A DNA stretch of 64,000 nucleotides from Heteronotia binoei (Eukaryota). Location of the stretch: NCBI RefSeq assembly GCF_032191835.1, contig NC_083234.1, positions 78,864,001 through 78,928,000 of the forward strand. Direction: 5' to 3'. A program made the position numbers and the translations under genes. Positions 60,980 through 64,000 of this stretch are shown one piece after another. The notes under the pieces were generated by a model. It was not told the DNA's origin. It was given only the letters and a program-made list of their open reading frames with translations, and ran no database searches. The stretch's first letter is position 1. Each line of letters opens with the position of its first letter.

Positions 60980-61061
60980 CTTTTCGCAGCCATATCAGGT
61001 TGGGGATAGCTTTAGACGGGGAGCATCCAATGAATGTTCTTCTGCCCAAGCCATTTGGAAG
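60980..61061 (-). CDS. SURF1: SURF1 exon 2 (82 nt, LPNGLGRRTFIGCSPSKAIPNLIWLRK)
   Basis: Strong acceptor ctctttattttgcttttag and donor AAG|gtgagc. Open frame; phase 0 in and phase 1 out bridges exons 1 and 3 exactly. Confidence 0.75.
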
Positions 61062-61676
61062 CTAAAAGCAAAATAAAGAGACCACCCCTGTATTACCATT
61101 TAAAAAATAAGTACCTCTATTCAGACCTCCTTTTAGGGAACAGGAGAGTCAGCTTCCTGATGCAAAAGCTATACTGGGAAATACTGGAATCCAAACTCTG
61201 TCAACATAGATGAAGGCAGATTCTGGTGGATTGCCATGTTGGTCTGAAGTAGCAGGACAAAGTTTTGAGTCCAGGGGCACCTTTAGGACCAACGAAGTTT
61301 TATTCAGGGTATAAGCTTGGATCAAACCAGGCTCTGCCAGCACCGATAGAACTGATCTGAGGTCAAATTTTTGCACCAATGATGCAAAGAAGAGACAAAA
61401 GGTCACTTTCCTGCAGGAAGCAGGACTCTGATAGGCTGTGTTTTGGGTGGGGGGCATGGATAGTAGAGAACTGGGACCACCTGCAGCTCACTGCATTCCT
61501 TAGAAGAGAATAAAACCCTGTTGGTCTTAAAGGTAGCACTGGACTCAAGCACAGATGGACATTCTAGGGCTGCCAGTTCCCAGCTGGGTATGGCAACAAA
61601 AGTGAAAATCATGGAAGAATTGGCAAAAGAAAGAGGGCACTGCCTCAGTGTGCACAGAGTTGGTGGCCTTCTCCTC

Positions 61677-62132
61677 TTGCCAATCCCCAGTTGGAGTCAG
61701 GGGATCCGCTGGTTTGGAATCCCTCTCCCTGCTTCAGGGATATCAGAAAGGAGGTGGGTTTTTTTGGAATGTCTGCTGGGCTCTCCATTATTCCCTATGG
61801 AGACTGGTCCTCTAGATGTATAATGGAGAATTGATCCATGGGTATCGGGCTCTTGAGGGGCTGTTTTTTTTAGTAGAGACACCAAATTTTCAGCATAACA
61901 TCTGGTGCCTCTCCGTAAAAAAACTGCCAAGTTTCAAAAAGATTGGACGAGGAGGTTCATTTCTATGAGCCCCGCAAGAAGGTGCCCCTATCCTTTACTA
62001 TTTCCAGTGGAGAGAAATAAATAAAGGAGCGCAGTCCCTTTAAATTTGATGGCCAGAACTCCCTTTGGCGTTCAATTTGTCACGCCGTGGCTCCACCACC
62101 TCCAAGTCCCTGAGCCGGACTCGGCAACCCTG
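61677..62132 (+). mobile_element. hAT MITE family copy, degenerate
   Basis: Colinear with 8247-8780. Right end CTCGGCAACCCTG. No clean TSD. Confidence 0.7.
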
Positions 62133-62220
62133 GGAGGCTTCCCTGGCACAGCCGTCAAGCGCCGCCCTCCCCCTCCTCGGAAGGGCGCCCTGCAGACGAC
62201 CCACCACGCCCACCTCCTAC

Positions 62221-62283
62221 CTGTCTTTTGCCCCAGACGCCCCGCAGACCACGATCGCCTAGCAACCGCAACCAGCCGGCCAT
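62221..62283 (-). CDS. SURF1: SURF1 exon 1 (63 nt, MAGWLRLLGDRGLRGVWGKRQ; presequence-like)
   Basis: AAAATGGCC start context, Arg/Leu-rich peptide, donor CAG|gtagga, located at the edge of the CpG island. Confidence 0.82.
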
Positions 62284-62698
62284 TTTTTTCTCCACTTTTC
62301 CCTTCCGGGTCACCTGACTTTGGCTTCCGGCACCTACCGGAACTTGAACTAGAGTCACTTCGTTAGAATTACCGGTGGGGAAGGAGAGAGATGACTAGGC
62401 CTCAGAGCCCGCCACAGTCTTTAAATCGTGGGTTGGTGAACGAGACGGAGCTGTCACCACCGGAAGTGACGTATAGGGCGACTCCCACACCCTTTATGGT
62501 TCTTCTCCCGCTTGTTTGGCCTGCCTCAGGTAACGAGCCGAACCTCGAGCGGAAGTGACAAATTCGCGAGGGCGCATTTCCGGTGCCCAGCGAGCGCCGG
62601 AAGTGAGGTAAGGCCAAGTCGCTCGGATTGGCTCCTCGCTTGGCGGGCGGCGCCGGTAGCCACGCCCCCGCCGGCGCAGGCCCAGAAGCGCGCGGGCC
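62278..62698. promoter_or_regulatory. SURF1/SURF2 bidirectional CpG-island promoter
   Basis: Multiple ETS cores (CTTCCGG at 62302 and 62324; CCGGAAGTGACGT at 62460; GCGGAAGT at 62549; CCGGAAGT at 62597). YY1-like GCCATTTT overlaps the SURF1 ATG. No TATA box. Confidence 0.85.
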
Positions 62699-62776
62699 AT
62701 GAACGAGCAGGCGGAGCCGCTGGAGCTTTTCCTGGCGCAGCACCCGGCCCTGCGAGTCCTGCCCCCGGGCAGCCGG
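62699..62776 (+). CDS. SURF2: SURF2 exon 1 (78 nt, MNEQAEPLELFLAQHPALRVLPPGSR); remaining exons beyond the window
   Basis: Resembles the recalled human [28 protein letters not shown] start, donor CGG|gtgagg, head-to-head with SURF1. Confidence 0.88.
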
Positions 62777-63585
62777 GTGAGGGTGGCGGCGCTTGGTGGG
62801 CAGGGGCTGCGGGAGGCCCTCAGCGGGGACCAGCCGAGGCTCCTGCTTCTTTCTCGAGGAGGCCCCGCCGGATAGGCTCGCCTGTGGGGCTCCCTGCCAG
62901 GAGGGAGCAGCCCTTCACTTCGGGTGCATTCAGGGGGAAAGGGAAGGCGCTGCGGCTCCAGGAAGCATTTCCCCTGCCTCCATTTTATCCTCACAACAAG
63001 CTTGTGAGGTGGGCTAGGCTGAGAGTGTGTGAACGGCCCTCGGTCGCTCAGCGAGCTTGCTTGCCAGAGTGGGGATTTGAGCCTGGGTCCTGCTCTACCC
63101 ACTGCCTCTTAATACTTCTTATTCATGGTGATTGACCTCAGTAGCTCAGCTGGACCTAACGTGTAGCTGCAGTGAACTCCGGTGGTGGTGGGTAAAGCCT
63201 TGGTTCCATGCCCTGATTGTAAGCCTTCCAGTAATATCTGCTTGGGTGGTGTGAGAAACAGAATGTTGTGCTGGATGAGCCGCTGGCCTCTTCCCATGTT
63301 CTTTAGCCTGCAGCTGCCTTTGCATCCCACTCTGTCATCTGCTCCCTTTTGCAAGCTTCCCAGGAACTCCAACGGAAATGTTAAAAGAGGCCCTGAGCAG
63401 GGAACAGAGAAATGCCCAGGCAGCTTCACCAGCTTGACCTGCTTTGATAGTTATTCTTTCTCACCAGGAAATTCTGGACTGTAATTTGTCTGTGTGTTTA
63501 CAGGGAGAATCTCTTAACAAAATTCTGGTCGTCCTCAACAGACCGCAGTTCTGTGGGGAATCCGATACACTTGTTATGCCAATTG

Positions 63586-64000
63586 TGTCAAGCATTGTAT
63601 ACCCCTTCTATATTACAGAAGTCAGACCTTAGAATTTATTCTTATGTTAGAGAATTGAGATTGTAGAAATGTTACTAACCCAAAGTTAAAGTGTGAGCAC
63701 ATCAAAGTAGCAACCCCCACCTTTCTTCTTTCACTTTTACTAACAGATGCAGGAATGTCCTCTTTGAAGATAAGACCTCCTGGGACTTGTTCCCAGGCCT
63801 AGCAAGGCCTGAACCCAGGATGTGCTAGCCGCAATATAGATAGCGGACTGGGTACTGTTTTTTTTGGAGCTGTAAGGAGGGCAATACAACTCAACATAAG
63901 TAACTGTGAGCCCCAGTGATTGCAAGGGAGTAGATTTCAGCACACACTCAGCCCAAAGAAAATTATGGATGTGGGCTCTCCTTTCCACCACTGCACATGC
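63586..64000 (+). mobile_element. LTR-like element running off the window end
   Basis: Starts TGTCAAGCATT, the reverse complement of the 13976 terminus, and shares an internal block with 13685. Confidence 0.55.

Noticed and set aside
62494-63135. Minus-strand MARALLGLRRRGRG... as the SURF1 start, and the 202/207-aa ORFs
   Set aside because: The CAT/ATG at 62698-62701 is better explained as the SURF2 start on the plus strand. The SURF1 exon at 62221-62283 has a proper donor and phase.

Overview
Vertebrate genomic DNA, most likely a squamate reptile and probably a gecko. That assignment is inferred from the repeat content: Squam3/MIR-like and Sauria-type SINEs, CR1, L1, RTE and Penelope relics. 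The window holds the Surfeit housekeeping cluster in the same order and orientation as mammals: SURF6(-), MED22/SURF5(-, long and short isoforms), RPL7A/SURF3(+, 8 exons, 266 aa), SURF1(-, 9 exons, 310 aa) and the first coding exon of SURF2(+). RPL7A hosts two U24 and two U36 box C/D snoRNAs in introns 2-5. To the left, at the position where mammals have ABO, there is a disabled ABO-like (GT6) catalytic exon inside about 16 kb of nested transposon debris (Gypsy, ERV, solo LTRs, L1, Penelope, hAT MITEs). Exon boundaries were read by hand from GT/AG signals and frame continuity; homology and family names come from recalled sequences, not database searches. The most notable observations are: (1) a Penelope-type hammerhead-ribozyme relic whose helix II is a perfect NRF1 site in the MED22/RPL7A CpG island; (2) the ABO-like pseudo-exon, disrupted by stops, a frameshift and a 4x micro-duplication; (3) SURF6 lacking the intron mammals have at FNK|VEV and apparently having a 5' non-coding exon; (4) duplicated U24; (5) a MED22 splice donor, stop codon and AATAAA packed into 12 nt; (6) a 160-bp foldback hairpin next to a MED22 acceptor; (7) hAT MITEs concentrated at the CpG-island promoters.
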